Of a DNA stretch of 64,000 nucleotides, positions 11,718-22,466 are shown piece by piece (positions within the stretch are counted from its first letter, which is position 1; each line of letters opens with the position of its first letter). A program made the position numbers and the translations under genes. The notes below the pieces were generated by a model. That model was not told where the DNA came from, searched no databases, and worked only from the letters and a program-made list of their open reading frames with translations. Source of the DNA: Eutreptiella sp. 'Long Island Sound 2002' (taxonomy: Eukaryota; Protista; Euglenida); NCBI GenBank assembly GCA_964036045.1, contig OZ038378.1:13144001-13208000 (forward strand), given 5' to 3'.

Positions 11718-13400
11718 CTACACCAACCTATAACAATTTTGATCATTGTTTGAAAGAAAGGCTTGTCCTTTTTCCCAAGTATAGTTTACTGTTGACTGTT
11801 GCATATCTGACAGATTTGTTTGTTTAGTGTAAGTACCAAGGGGCACATGTCCAAGGAAAACAATATGCCAACCCTGCTGGTTGAGGAAACTTACAAAGGC
11901 GGGCGGCATCACTTGGTGCGAGCACTGATGCAGCAAACATTCAGCAGTCGACGTGTACAGAGTTCCAATCTTGGGTTTCCAAGGTGTATCCAGTGTTGAC
12001 GAGGTGGAATGGGACGTGGAGCTACTAGAGGACTGGAGCATTTTATAGTGGGAAGATCTGTTGGTAAAGGAAAGCAGTCTCTACGCCATGGCACAGACGG
12101 TAGGCATACCCAGCATGACCAAGGACAAGTTCATGGCGTCTTTTGAGCCGGGGGGGGGGGGGGGGGCGAAGGGGAAGGGAGGGAGGTTTTTGACTAGCCC
12201 CCCAGTCTTCATGGACCAAAATGCATCACAGTAGTGTTTTTTCCCTTTTTGTGCAGGGTTTTTGTTGTAAAAATGGATGGTTCGTATCCAATGGAAGGAT
12301 GTCTGCTGCCATTTCCTGGATGCTTCCTGTTGATTGTTATTGTTGGATGCTTGCTGCTTCCTGTAAATTCCTCAATGGTCCCTATTTAGTCTGGATGGCT
12401 GCTATTAATTCCTGGAATGTTGCTGTTAATTCCTGAAGGCTTCTTGTTAATTCTTGGAGCAGTGTGCAGCCCTTGCCCTAGCCCTGCACATTAAATGGTG
12501 GCCCAGAAGAGACAGAAAGAATTTGGTTGAATGCACCACATGCTGGTCAAAGCGCCCTCCTATGCTGCATTTCGCACATCCTTTTTAGCATTTCCTGACC
12601 TACCATCAAGGTTGCGGAAAAATAGAAGAGCGGGGACCAATTCCTTGCTTTCCATTGCATGGGGCGCAAGTGGAAGAAAAAAGCACTTGGCCATGAATGA
12701 GGGCTTGATCGTAAGGATGCATGGACAGACAACACCCATGAGGTGTGAGGGGGAAAATGACTGCGCACGGCCCAATGAAAGCACAATGCCCAACCGTGCC
12801 ATGAAGAAAAGAAAAAAATTGACCTCGACTCGAACCTTTTGCTTAATTGGAAAGGGGGGGAAGGGGGTTTTGTGGGAGGAGGGAGGGGGTTTTGCACACC
12901 CCCCCCCCCGGGTTTTAATTGTTCTAAAGACACCCTCGGGGGATACATAGGTAGAAAGGGGATGGTGACGGATTTGATGCTTTGGCCTTTATAGCCGTTG
13001 AGCTTGAATACGTTGCTTCCCCGACTGACAAGCACAAGCACATAGCGACCTTCGTGCAGGAAAGTCTACCAAGTACCAATGGATGTCAGTGTTGATAGGC
13101 ACCATTAAGGGAATACAACAGTAGCCTTTGAATCTGGAGGACTTGATGAATGAGTTGTTTGTGTAAAATGTCTAGGTGGCCACATGGAAATGTATCACCA
13201 AAAGGTGGCAAAGATTCAGCAAAGGCATAAGCGAGTTCACCTAGGCCGAAAGGAAAATTGCGGGGGATATTTTTTAAGTGCAAGGGTGCAAGCCATTGGG
13301 CAGCAAACAGTCCCGCGGGAAACTTGGTTGTGAGGGACGGCGTGGAGAATGCGAGGGTACATGAATTGAACTCATCTGTACAAGTGAAACAAGACAAAGC
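11718..13400 (-). pseudogene. Scattered exon-like relics of an unknown spliced gene or TE
   Basis: Protein-like segments bounded by splice-like sites, e.g. TPWKPKIGTLYTSTAECLLHQCSHQVMPPAF followed by GTAAGT, and acag|DEFNSCTLAFSTPSLTTKFPAGLFAAQWLAPLHLKNIPRNFPFGL|gt. They could not be assembled. Confidence 0.3.
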
Positions 13401-13479
13401 AACATAAAAAGTAGGTAGCAAATTAAGATCAAGTATCAGGTGTCTAACCCAGTACGTACCATTGATCATGAAACCCAAC

Positions 13480-13870
13480 CCCTATGCCCAGTACTCGTCC
13501 AAGCAAAAGCATCCAAGATAACCTCTGCCTCCTGTGCTCAGAACGGGAAAAGCGTCCAAGACAACCTGTGTCCAGTGCTCAGAACGCGGATGGGGTGGGG
13601 GGATGTATTCCCAAATTCTCAGTGCTCGGAGTTGGGGAAATTGTATCCTTCGATCAAACCCCCTGTGTTCAGTGCTCAGAGACGGGAGGTTTGCAAATTC
13701 TGGACAGAATTCGAATAGATAACCTTCGACTCATCACCGAAAAAAGCCCCACATCCGGTGCTCAGGGGGAAATTTGTATCCACCACTATGTCCCCTGGGA
13801 TTCAAATCCACCGCCTTTGATCGGTCGCCGCAAACCCTCCCACATCCAGTGCTTGGAATGGGGGAGATCG
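13480..13870. repeat. Degenerate array of ~7 CAGTGCTCAG-type motifs at ~40-90 bp spacing
   Basis: cagtactc, ctgtgctcag, cagtgctcag, cagtgctcgg, cagtgctcag, cggtgctcag and cagtgcttgg, mostly preceded by a cc/ccc-rich pyrimidine stretch. Confidence 0.6.
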
Positions 13871-14148
13871 TATCACAAATAACTTCCCCCCTTCTCAGCA
13901 GCGGCATCACAAAAGTGGGTTGTTCTATTAAGGCTGTCTGGGTAGAACAACCAGTGTCCAATACCATGTCTGTTCGGTGACCCAGGCTGATGGTTGCAGT
14001 TCCACAAATCCATAAAAGACCGGTGCAGTCCAAAATAGGTTGTAGGAAGCTGCAGTGCACCCCCAATACAACACAACGGCTCGTTGTGATGTGTGCAATA
14101 TTCGCGCGCATGATGCAACGCAATACACCGCAGCTTCGTTGCCGAACC

Positions 14149-15261
14149 TCACACTGCTGACTGCAACTCGCACTGCAGCGCCGCAAGCGCAGCTTGCAGG
14201 CTCTCAGCCGCACCTGCGTGCCCAGCCGTGACCCGCTCCACAAGCGCCTCAACTGCCTGGAATGCCTCCGTGTTCACGGAGCGCGGCACAAGCTCACCAG
14301 ACGCAACCCGAGGAAAGAGGCTTGCGGGATCCGGGCTCCTGTAGTCGGTATCCCGGAGCGCCGCCAGGCTCTGCACGTCGACCCAGCAAGCACCCACACT
14401 CTCAAAGTCCGGCACCGACTTAAGCTCCAGGGATGCCTCGTCCCGGGGCTGGGCAAGCAGCACCATGCGGGGCGTGCCCCGGGTCACCGTAAGGCGGAGC
14501 ACCCCGGTGACGATCACCGCGATTCCCGCCTCCTCCCTGCATTCCCGCTCCGCCGCCGCGACAAAGCTTTCGCCGGCATCGAGCCGGCCCGCTGGCAGCC
14601 AATACCCCGGCGTCCCACTTGCACAGAGGCCCGCGGGCTCGTTGACCAGTAGGAACTGCCCCGTGGGTGCCCGGCACACAACCCACGCAAACGCGGCGAA
14701 TCGAGGGAACGCAGGCTCTCGGAGCTCCACAGGGCCGTGCGCATGGTTCAAGTGCACCGGCAGCGGCGTCCGGTCGCCGCTGCCGCAGACGGGACACGGT
14801 GCGACGACGTTGCGCTCCGCGGCGTGCCAAAGCGACACGTGCGTGCTGAGGGCCTCTGCGGTCAACCCGGGCATACCACAGTGCGGGCACGAAAATCTGC
14901 CGCCGGAGGTGATCTGAGTCATGACCTGGAGGAGCGCCTCCCGCACGGCGTCTTCGGAACCGGTCACCATACGCGCCCCTGCGGCGAAGCACTCGAGGCG
15001 CAGCCGGACGTCTACCACAGCCGTCCGGCTCAACACAATGCTAAAGCACCGGCGCCTCCTCCCCAACTCTGCCAGCAGGGGCCAGCAGGTGTTGGCATCG
15101 GAGGTACCAAGCGACATGACCGCGGCGACCGGGACCCCTGCAGCGACAATGCCCAGCGCATGCGCAGTGGAGTCAGTCACTTCAGCTCGCCACCCCTTCG
15201 GGGCGCTCCTTGCCACGCGCGCCGCACGCTCCCCACGGTCCAGGATAAGCAGGCAGTGCAT
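14149..15261 (-). CDS. Nudix hydrolase with an N-terminal pseudo-receiver (CheY-like) domain and tandem C2H2 (Di19/KCMF1-like) zinc fingers, 370 aa, intronless
   Basis: First ATG at 15261 inside the 407-aa ORF; GC-rich and uninterrupted. Complete Nudix box G-RLDAG-E-SFVAAAE-RECREEAGI (GX5EX7REUXEEXGU). Fingers CPHC-x12-H-x4-H and CPVC-x10-H-x4-H. The N-terminus follows the receiver pattern (CLLILD...GWRAEVTDSTAHAL...WPLLAEL...FSIVLS...LECFAAGARMV). Confidence 0.9.
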   Translation of the reverse strand: MHCLLILDRGERAARVARSAPKGWRAEVTDSTAHALGIVAAGVPVAAVMSLGTSDANTCWPLLAELGRRRRCFSIVLSRTAVVDVRLRLECFAAGARMVTGSEDAVREALLQVMTQITSGGRFSCPHCGMPGLTAEALSTHVSLWHAAERNVVAPCPVCGSGDRTPLPVHLNHAHGPVELREPAFPRFAAFAWVVCRAPTGQFLLVNEPAGLCASGTPGYWLPAGRLDAGESFVAAAERECREEAGIAVIVTGVLRLTVTRGTPRMVLLAQPRDEASLELKSVPDFESVGACWVDVQSLAALRDTDYRSPDPASLFPRVASGELVPRSVNTEAFQAVEALVERVTAGHAGAAESLQAALAALQCELQSAV

Positions 15262-16639
15262 AGCTGGTGTGCTTGCACAGGAATGCTGCGGCTGGCTGGT
15301 GCCGTGACAGGCACAAGACAGGCCTGAAACAGCGGAGAACGATGTATGCAGCAGCAGTTGGTTGTAGCACACAAGCTATTTAGGGCAATGCATGCATTAG
15401 AGGGGCAGTGCAATCCTTCCAGAAATGGTGGCTGGGGTTTACGTGGTGAAAAGTGAGCCCAGGTAGGACCTATGTAGTGCAATGACCAAAGCCACATTCG
15501 GAGCAGCACTTTTGCTGAAACCTAGCGTCCCTTTAGACCCCCAGCCCCAGCAAAAAGTGGGCGCTACCCCAAAATTTGTAGAAAAAGATCGTGACTAGGA
15601 TTGCTGATGACCCAAAAACTGTGTGTGCTATCAATTGAAATCATAGCGGTGCATGCATATTTCCTGCCCAAAGGGTTGGAGCTGCAGATGCATTTGAAAA
15701 AAGATTTTTCAGCGAATCTAGTACGCCTCCATGTGCTGCAATGTGCAGACATGCCACCTTCTTGGACGTGCTAGGGTGCTGGGCTGCCGAACAGAACTTC
15801 TTTTTTCACAATGAATATTGTGATGTTTACTGTGGGAAAGGGAGGGGAGGCAGCACTGCAGGAAGCGTAGTAATGGTGCAATTTACAGGGGCACGATTCT
15901 CACTCAATTTTTCACATTGAAATCAATGCGAGTTCTAACGGCAGTGCACAGGTGCGCAGCAGACCATGGACACGTCCAAAACGGAACTGCAGGTCGACGT
16001 CAGTTTCTTTCTTTGTTTACTTGCTCGAGTACTGAAATGTTGCTGTGTGTTTGTGTGTGCACCTCTGCCTTTGTCGCGATTCTCCTTGCCTCCAGCTCAT
16101 TGTGTGCATTCCCACTTAAACAGCAAAACATTTGAGCTGCTGCTTCCATGCACGAATCCATCAATGGCCATTATTTCTTGCCTGTTTCGTGTGACGCTGT
16201 CTGACAGTTTTGCGTGGACGGTGTGCACTCATCATGCCCCACAGTCAAACCCACCGCCATCTCATCAGTCTGTGTTTTCAGCAGTTTTACGAGAAAGCTG
16301 CTATGACCAGGTACAGCCTCACCATGTACCAAAATGGGTAAGTCTGAATAGTTTGAGACACCCAAGCAGCCAATGTAATGTGGCTGGCTGGTGTGCAGGG
16401 GTTTTTGCACATACCATGGCAAAAATTGTGCGCTGTGCAGCATAGACCCATGGACAACCGGCGACCCCACCACCTGTTGGTGGCATGAATATTGAGGCTG
16501 TGTTGATGAATTGCAACTAGCTGGCGGCAGGAATGCAAGCGGTTCTCCGGAAATCCCAAAATTAGGTACCCGCAGGCAACGGTGTCCCCACTCCCCCACC
16601 GCCAGCACAGACAGCGGCACGCCACAAAGGCATGTCCAC

Positions 16640-16960
16640 GACACGCCCACACCACGTTTGTGCAATGGGTGCAGTGCAATATGACTCCCTCCCCCTACCA
16701 CCTGTGTTGGGAGTGCAGGTCTCTTGGTTGCTCACTGTCATGGTCATGGTGTCCGTACAACTACCACTCGGTGTGGGTGTGGTGGATGGTGTCAATGTGT
16801 TCGCTACACTGGCCGACGCTGTGTGGCTGGCTGTGCAACTTACTGTACATCACAGTGTGGAGTTGCGACTTCACGTCAGGTTGGGAGCTGCTGTAACTAA
16901 TGGTATCATCGATGGATGGCAAAATGGTGTGTGACGGTGTAGGGCTCACCATTGGGGTAC
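16640..16960 (-). pseudogene. Degraded Thr/Ser-alternating (mucin/surface-protein-like) coding relic
   Basis: Minus-strand frames give SPTPSHT... and CTVSCTASHTASASVANTLTPSTTPTPSGSCTDTMTMTVS, with stops. Confidence 0.25.
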
Positions 16961-19900
16961 AGGTGCAGGACAACAGGACAGCATGCCTCAGCCATGGCCT
17001 CAAGGGCAACACACCAGACAGTTACCCTACCCCCCCCCCTTGCGCAAACAACGGTAAAATTTCAAAATCCAAAAAAAATTTGATGGAAACAACACCTCGG
17101 GTTGTTTGGACAAAGGCGTTGTCTGCACGCACCCTCAGAAGACACATGCAGTGACAGGAGAAAGTACATCATTGACACAGGGACATTCATGTCCATGGAG
17201 GCCCATGCAATGCCCCCCCCACCCCCTCTTGCGCCAACAACGCCCATGTCCAAACAACGCGAGGTGCTGTTTCCGTCATTTTTGGAACCATTGATTCGGT
17301 GATTCCATTTTCTCATTTGGCGTGAAGGTCTAGGTTTCTCTGTGGTTTTGGGGCTGGGGATGTTTGTCTTTTACAGAGATTGTTTGCTGTGTTGCGTGTC
17401 ATCAGAGCTGGGTTCATCCGAACTGCATTAGGTTCCAATTTCTTGCACCTGTACCTAGCCTGCCCCCAAGCATATGCAACAGCCTCATATGTGGTATACT
17501 TTTGGCAAAGGTCTCACAGCCGAGCACTTTTAACATTTGAATGTTTTTCTGCATCCTGCAGTGCCCCAATTCTGGTCCTTGTCAACGAATTGCGAACCGT
17601 ACTTGGGAGTGCTTTTGTCACATTGTTTTACGTGTGTGTCGTCAATTGATTAAATGGGACCAGGTCCTGCAGCATTCATATCCCCATTTGATGCAAGCAG
17701 CATCAGCAATGCAGCCACGCATCACCACCTTGCCTATGCAGCTCCTAGACCCTTTGCACTCAAATGGAAACTCTGGGTGCAGGGTTGTGCAAACTGCGGA
17801 CCACTGTGGCCAAGCTGTCTCGGGACACACTGGGCAGACACACAAAGTGAGTGACAGGGCAGCATACCCAAATCCAAGCCAACCACTTCGAGGACATGAT
17901 GTTCCACCCACTCTGCGTCATTTTTGTTCAATTTTGTGTGTTTTGCATTCTGTCCACACTGTCATTGGTGTGTTGTTGACAGACGCATCTTTCTGAAATC
18001 ACTCAGTTGCAACAGTTACCACCTCCCCCTAGAAGGCCTATTGATTTGAGAGATGACACATCTTACAGGCAAGGGCACACAAACACTGGGCACCGGTGGC
18101 ATGCAAAAATGCAAGGCAGCAGGCAGCCCTGCAGGAGGGCTGATCTGTGCCTGTTAACCAAGAAATGAAATGGGGAACCAAGAGCCACATGAGCAACAGG
18201 ATCAGCTCAACTAACAAACGTAAGCTGTGCCCGTTCAGACCCTAACAAAATGTTGCAGACAAGGAGGTACTGCTAAGATCAAACTCAGGGCTTGAAGGAA
18301 CATGCAGATTAGGCATTGGAGGGGTGCTAGATGTCATAAGGTGGATTTTCTTTTGCAATGAATATTCAGAGGTGGCAAGTACAAGCCCCTGGCAGTTTTA
18401 ATCAACATCTCCAAATGTTCACTGTGAGCGTTGACCCAACATGCAACATGCCCCCATGTTCAAATGTCGCCAAAAATACATGACATGACAACTCAGAAAA
18501 ACTTCAAAAAATCAAACCCCCAACACGCAGAACAGGCACCAATTAGCACCGCAATGTGCCGTATAGCCAATCAATCGCGTGTCATGGACCACAAAGGACC
18601 TCAATGTACTTGGTTTGCCAAAAGCTGGGTCCAGGGCTTCTCAGGGTACTACCTGGGGGAAGACCCGTGTTGAACAAAACCAAAACGTTGCAAAACCACA
18701 GCCCAAATTTACATCCCTAAGATCTGGCATGCTTGGAGAGCGGATATGTCAGAACAGAGGGTGTGCCATATACATACACACAGAAAATCTTGCATGCGTG
18801 CGGCCCTGTTGAAGCCATGGCTAGTGTCTATTGCTGCACCCACATCCTCACAACCAATTTCCAGGTCATGAAACGTTGGACAACTGCTGGACTCAACATT
18901 GGAGTGGGCGGTCAAACCTTGGTTGGCCTATAGCCGTCACTGTGCCACGTCCCATTCCACTTTCTTCTTCTATATGGACCCCTATGATGGGGGGGTAGTA
19001 CGCCCCATCAACAATGTGTGTGCAAATTGCCAATTGCACCAGAGTGCACGGTTGAAAACCAGCCATTTTTGACTGCCCCCCAACGGAGCACCCCCCCAAC
19101 CTCCAGAGAGTAACCCGACCTACATCTAGCAAGCACACCCCGGCGTTGTGCATCCCTTGGAACACGGGGGAAATGAATATGCTTGGTTCCGTGCAATTCT
19201 ACATGCATGGAGGCCCATGTGTTGAGACTGCTTGAAAGCGGCCAAAATTGATCATTGCTGAAAACACTCCTACTATATTGGGTTGAAAGACTCTAAATAC
19301 AACATGGACCATTGTTTGATGCCGTTTCCATTCATATAATCCAATTTCAAATTCGAATTCATTTACTTTTTTCTGCATAAAACCGGATTGTCAGATTTCG
19401 GCCATTTCGCCAAAAAGGTCGAATATGAACCCTGTACACCTCTGTATGCTTTGCGCGGATGTACCTTTGGTTCATCTCTCTTCTCTGTGCCCGTAGTTAT
19501 CAAAATGGCAGAACCACTAACACTACTCGCTCAAAAAATCTGCCAATTTTGCAACTATGAGTGTTTTTAAACTAGCCTGCTCAAAACGTGGGTCTCCCCT
19601 GAAGTGTTACTTTTGTATCCCTAAGCTTCAATGGGTTATGAACAAAATACATCTGAGTTCCTTGGGCCCCGAGGCATGGGAAAGGGCACTTGGTTGGCAC
19701 TGTGAAGGCGCACGAGTCACTCTGTGAGGTGCTAGGCTCCTAATGGTGGGGATACGTCTCGTTTACCATCTGACGTACAACCAAGCAGATCGGCCGACAC
19801 CATTCACACGAACAATATAGGCTGTGGCATGCTCCTAAAGGCATGCCAAAGGCAGGCGATAGACCATAAGGTCCATGTATCGCAATTTGCAAGCAAGACG

Positions 19901-20214
19901 ACATGCTTTTTCCTCGCAGTTTTGTGTTTCGGCGCAGTCCACTTTGGTCCGCATTCCCAAAAATATGCAGGGTGGAGCGCACAACTGGCTCTGGAGCCCT
20001 GTGTAACTTGCCTATGCCTAGCCAAAACATCACCCCATTGAACTCCTTCCTCTTAACGCGCATGTGTAGGCAGCAAACATTTCAACTGATTGTTGGGCCA
20101 TCGTCTTTGATTTCTTGGTGGTATCTTTCCCATGCGGCATGGTTTCTTCCGACCTTTATCAAATTTTCAAGGGATGTGGTTTGCAGTTCAACGCCACCGC
20201 TTCTCAAGTAGCCC

Positions 20215-20889
20215 GTGCATGTGAAGAAATTCGCCGGAGTCAATTGTGACTCATCACCGTCAAAATGGTGTTTGTTGCCGACGTGCCATACAAGCGGGCC
20301 TTGGAAGTGGCTGTATCGGTGTGTGATGGCATCCGCTTGCGAACCTTCAAGTTTAAAGCGATCGGAGTGCACCTTGGGTCTGATGAAGTTGAGGTGGATT
20401 AATTGAAGAATGGACAGCAACTTCAATTCGTTGACTTGTTGACGTCGAACAACTCCATTGGCAATTTGGGTGCTCAGCATCTTTCGGAGTTCAAGTCCTT
20501 GGCATCCGTGTGTCACCTTCACCTTGACCTGGCGTCAAGTTTCATACAACAACATGGGGCCGTTGATGTTGCTACCTTGAAGGACTCGATTTCACTGAAG
20601 GAGCTGTATCTTGACTTGAGCGACAATGCGATCCGGGACAACGGAGCAGTGGATTTGAGTGAATTGCGAAATTCACAGAGCATCGAAAAGCTGCACCTGA
20701 ACCCGTGAAAGAACAAGATCAGTAATGTGGGCACACAGCCTCTTGCTGCAGGTTGAACTAAAACGGATGCCTGCAATTTGTCGGCTGTCATTGAACTTGC
20801 AAGCTAATATGATGACAGACATTGAAGTCACGGCGATTGTACAAGTGTAGGATGCACCAACTTTGGAAAAGTTGAATATTAATCTCAGA
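20215..20889 (+). pseudogene. Leucine-rich-repeat protein pseudogene (ribonuclease-inhibitor-like LRRs)
   Basis: Repeats such as LKELYLDLSDNAIRDNGAVDL, VCHLHLDLASSFIQQHGAVDV, IEKLHLNP*KNKISNVG and LSLNLQANMMTDIEV. In-frame stops at 20706 and ~20846, a frameshift near 20770, and truncation by an insertion at ~20890. Confidence 0.75.
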
Positions 20890-21124
20890 GGTACATACCC
20901 TAGGGGGCAGCCAGGCCCGGTCCTTGTATGCCACCCCCACCCCGCCCCCGCCGGAACACTCCTAAATAGGGTCCCACTGGCACAACCGTATCACACATGG
21001 ACTCAACAGGAGTCACTGAATACTTGGCGAGAGGCCAATTGGCGCTGCCAACCACAGACATCCAAACGCCATGGCTACATGCAACCCCCCCCCCCCCCCC
21101 AGCTGCCCCCCCCCCCGGATAGCC

Positions 21125-21201
21125 GACCCTTGGGTACCAAGCACCCCTCGCCTGGTAACAGGCGCCCCTCGACGGGTACCAAGCCCCCCTCGCCGGGTAC
21201 C
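21125..21201 (+). repeat. ~20-bp tandem repeat (gggtaccaagcncccctcgc), ~3.5 copies
   Basis: Directly visible tandem units. Confidence 0.7.
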
Positions 21202-21207
21202 TTTCAG

Positions 21208-21463
21208 CCCCACATTCAACCACTTGTGATCTATTATTTCCTTTGACCCCCACATTTAACCACTTGGGCTCTATTATTTCCTTGGACCCCCTTAGTCAAC
21301 AGCTTGTGCTCTACCTTTTCCTTCGACCCCCACATTGAACCACTTGTGCTCTGTTATTTCCTTTGACCCCCACACTCAACCACGTGTACTCTATTTTTTC
21401 CTTAGACCCCCTCATTCAACAGCTTGTGCCCCATTATTTCCTTTGACGCCCACACACAACCAC
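21208..21463 (+). repeat. 40-bp minisatellite, ~6.4 copies (ccccacattcaaccacttgtgctctattatttcctttgac)
   Basis: Strict 40-bp period (ctttga/cttgga/cttcga/cttaga at 21241, 21281, 21321, 21361, 21401, 21441). Confidence 0.9.
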
Positions 21464-22342
21464 AAGCAATGGCAGGGGTTGGGCATTTTTGCCCAAAATG
21501 GCAGTTTGACATCTTGAAATGACGAAACACATTTCCAGGCTTGGGGAAGGGATGTGTAGCACCCTGTGCCCAAGCCTAGCCAGGTCACTGAAGTTGAAAT
21601 TGACCTTGTTTGGATTTGGTGACTTGATGGCGCATGAGTAGGGCATTGAGTGATGGGCTGGGAGTGGTGGGCTGTACAAAAGTACAATGCGCAAATCGTG
21701 GTGTCGTTGCAAGCGCTAATAACGTGAGCTGATGGTCTGAGCTGATGGTGATGATGATGATGAGCTGAGATTTCCCCTTCTTCTCCAATTGTAGGAGCCC
21801 GTAGTCACACAGTTTCCATTGCTCCTCAATTGTAGGACGCCGTAAACCCCTAACAGCCCCCTTGTTGTGCCCTACCGACCCCCCTTGCCTTGTACGAAGC
21901 CACATCAACTTTTTTCACCTCCCTCTTGGCCTTTGAACCACTTGATGGCGCACCATTGTCCAGGTACGTGCAAAAAGCTGGCTTGTGTGACGCCCACCGC
22001 GATCCCCAATTGTAGCTTAAGCCACACTACCCTTTGGCACGTCTTGTGATTGGCGAGCGCGTGAGTTTTCAGCACAGCTTGTGGCCTGCTTGCAGGTACC
22101 TTGGGTGAGTGCACCATGAGATAAGCATAGACATGATGCTTGATTTCTGGCTCCCTTGAGGTGTTTTGCCATGTCATGAATGATAAGCAAATCAAGAAGA
22201 GCCAATTGGCTGGACAGTGGAGGTGCCCGAAAACCCACCCACCTGCTAGGGCCCTTTTTAAACCCCCCCACCCCCGCCGAAACTTGGCATTCCAAACATA
22301 GCCCCCGATCAGCACCACAAATTTTACCAGATGCTGCCACGG

Positions 22343-22402
22343 GAGAAAGAGACAGAGAAAAAAGAGGGAAGAGAGAGAGAGAGAGAGAGAGAGAAAAAAG
22401 AG

Positions 22403-22465
<63 letters not shown>
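22343..22465 (+). repeat. (GA)n compound microsatellite
   Basis: Long GA run with a duplicated gagaaaaaagagggaa interruption. Confidence 0.95.

Positions 22466-22466
<1 letters not shown>

Noticed and set aside
13480-13870. CRISPR-like repeat-spacer array or iron-responsive elements (CAGTGC loops)
   Set aside because: The repeats are short and degenerate with irregular spacing, and there are no cas genes. The five bases flanking CAGTGC do not pair as an IRE stem, and the motif is antisense to the adjacent gene.
14194-15327. Plus-strand and alternate-frame ORFs (152, 150, 196, 128, 190 aa) overlapping the Nudix gene
   Set aside because: Shadow ORFs expected from GC-rich coding sequence; no motifs.
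21208-21463. CRISPR array
   Set aside because: Contiguous 40-bp units with no unique spacers; an ordinary minisatellite.
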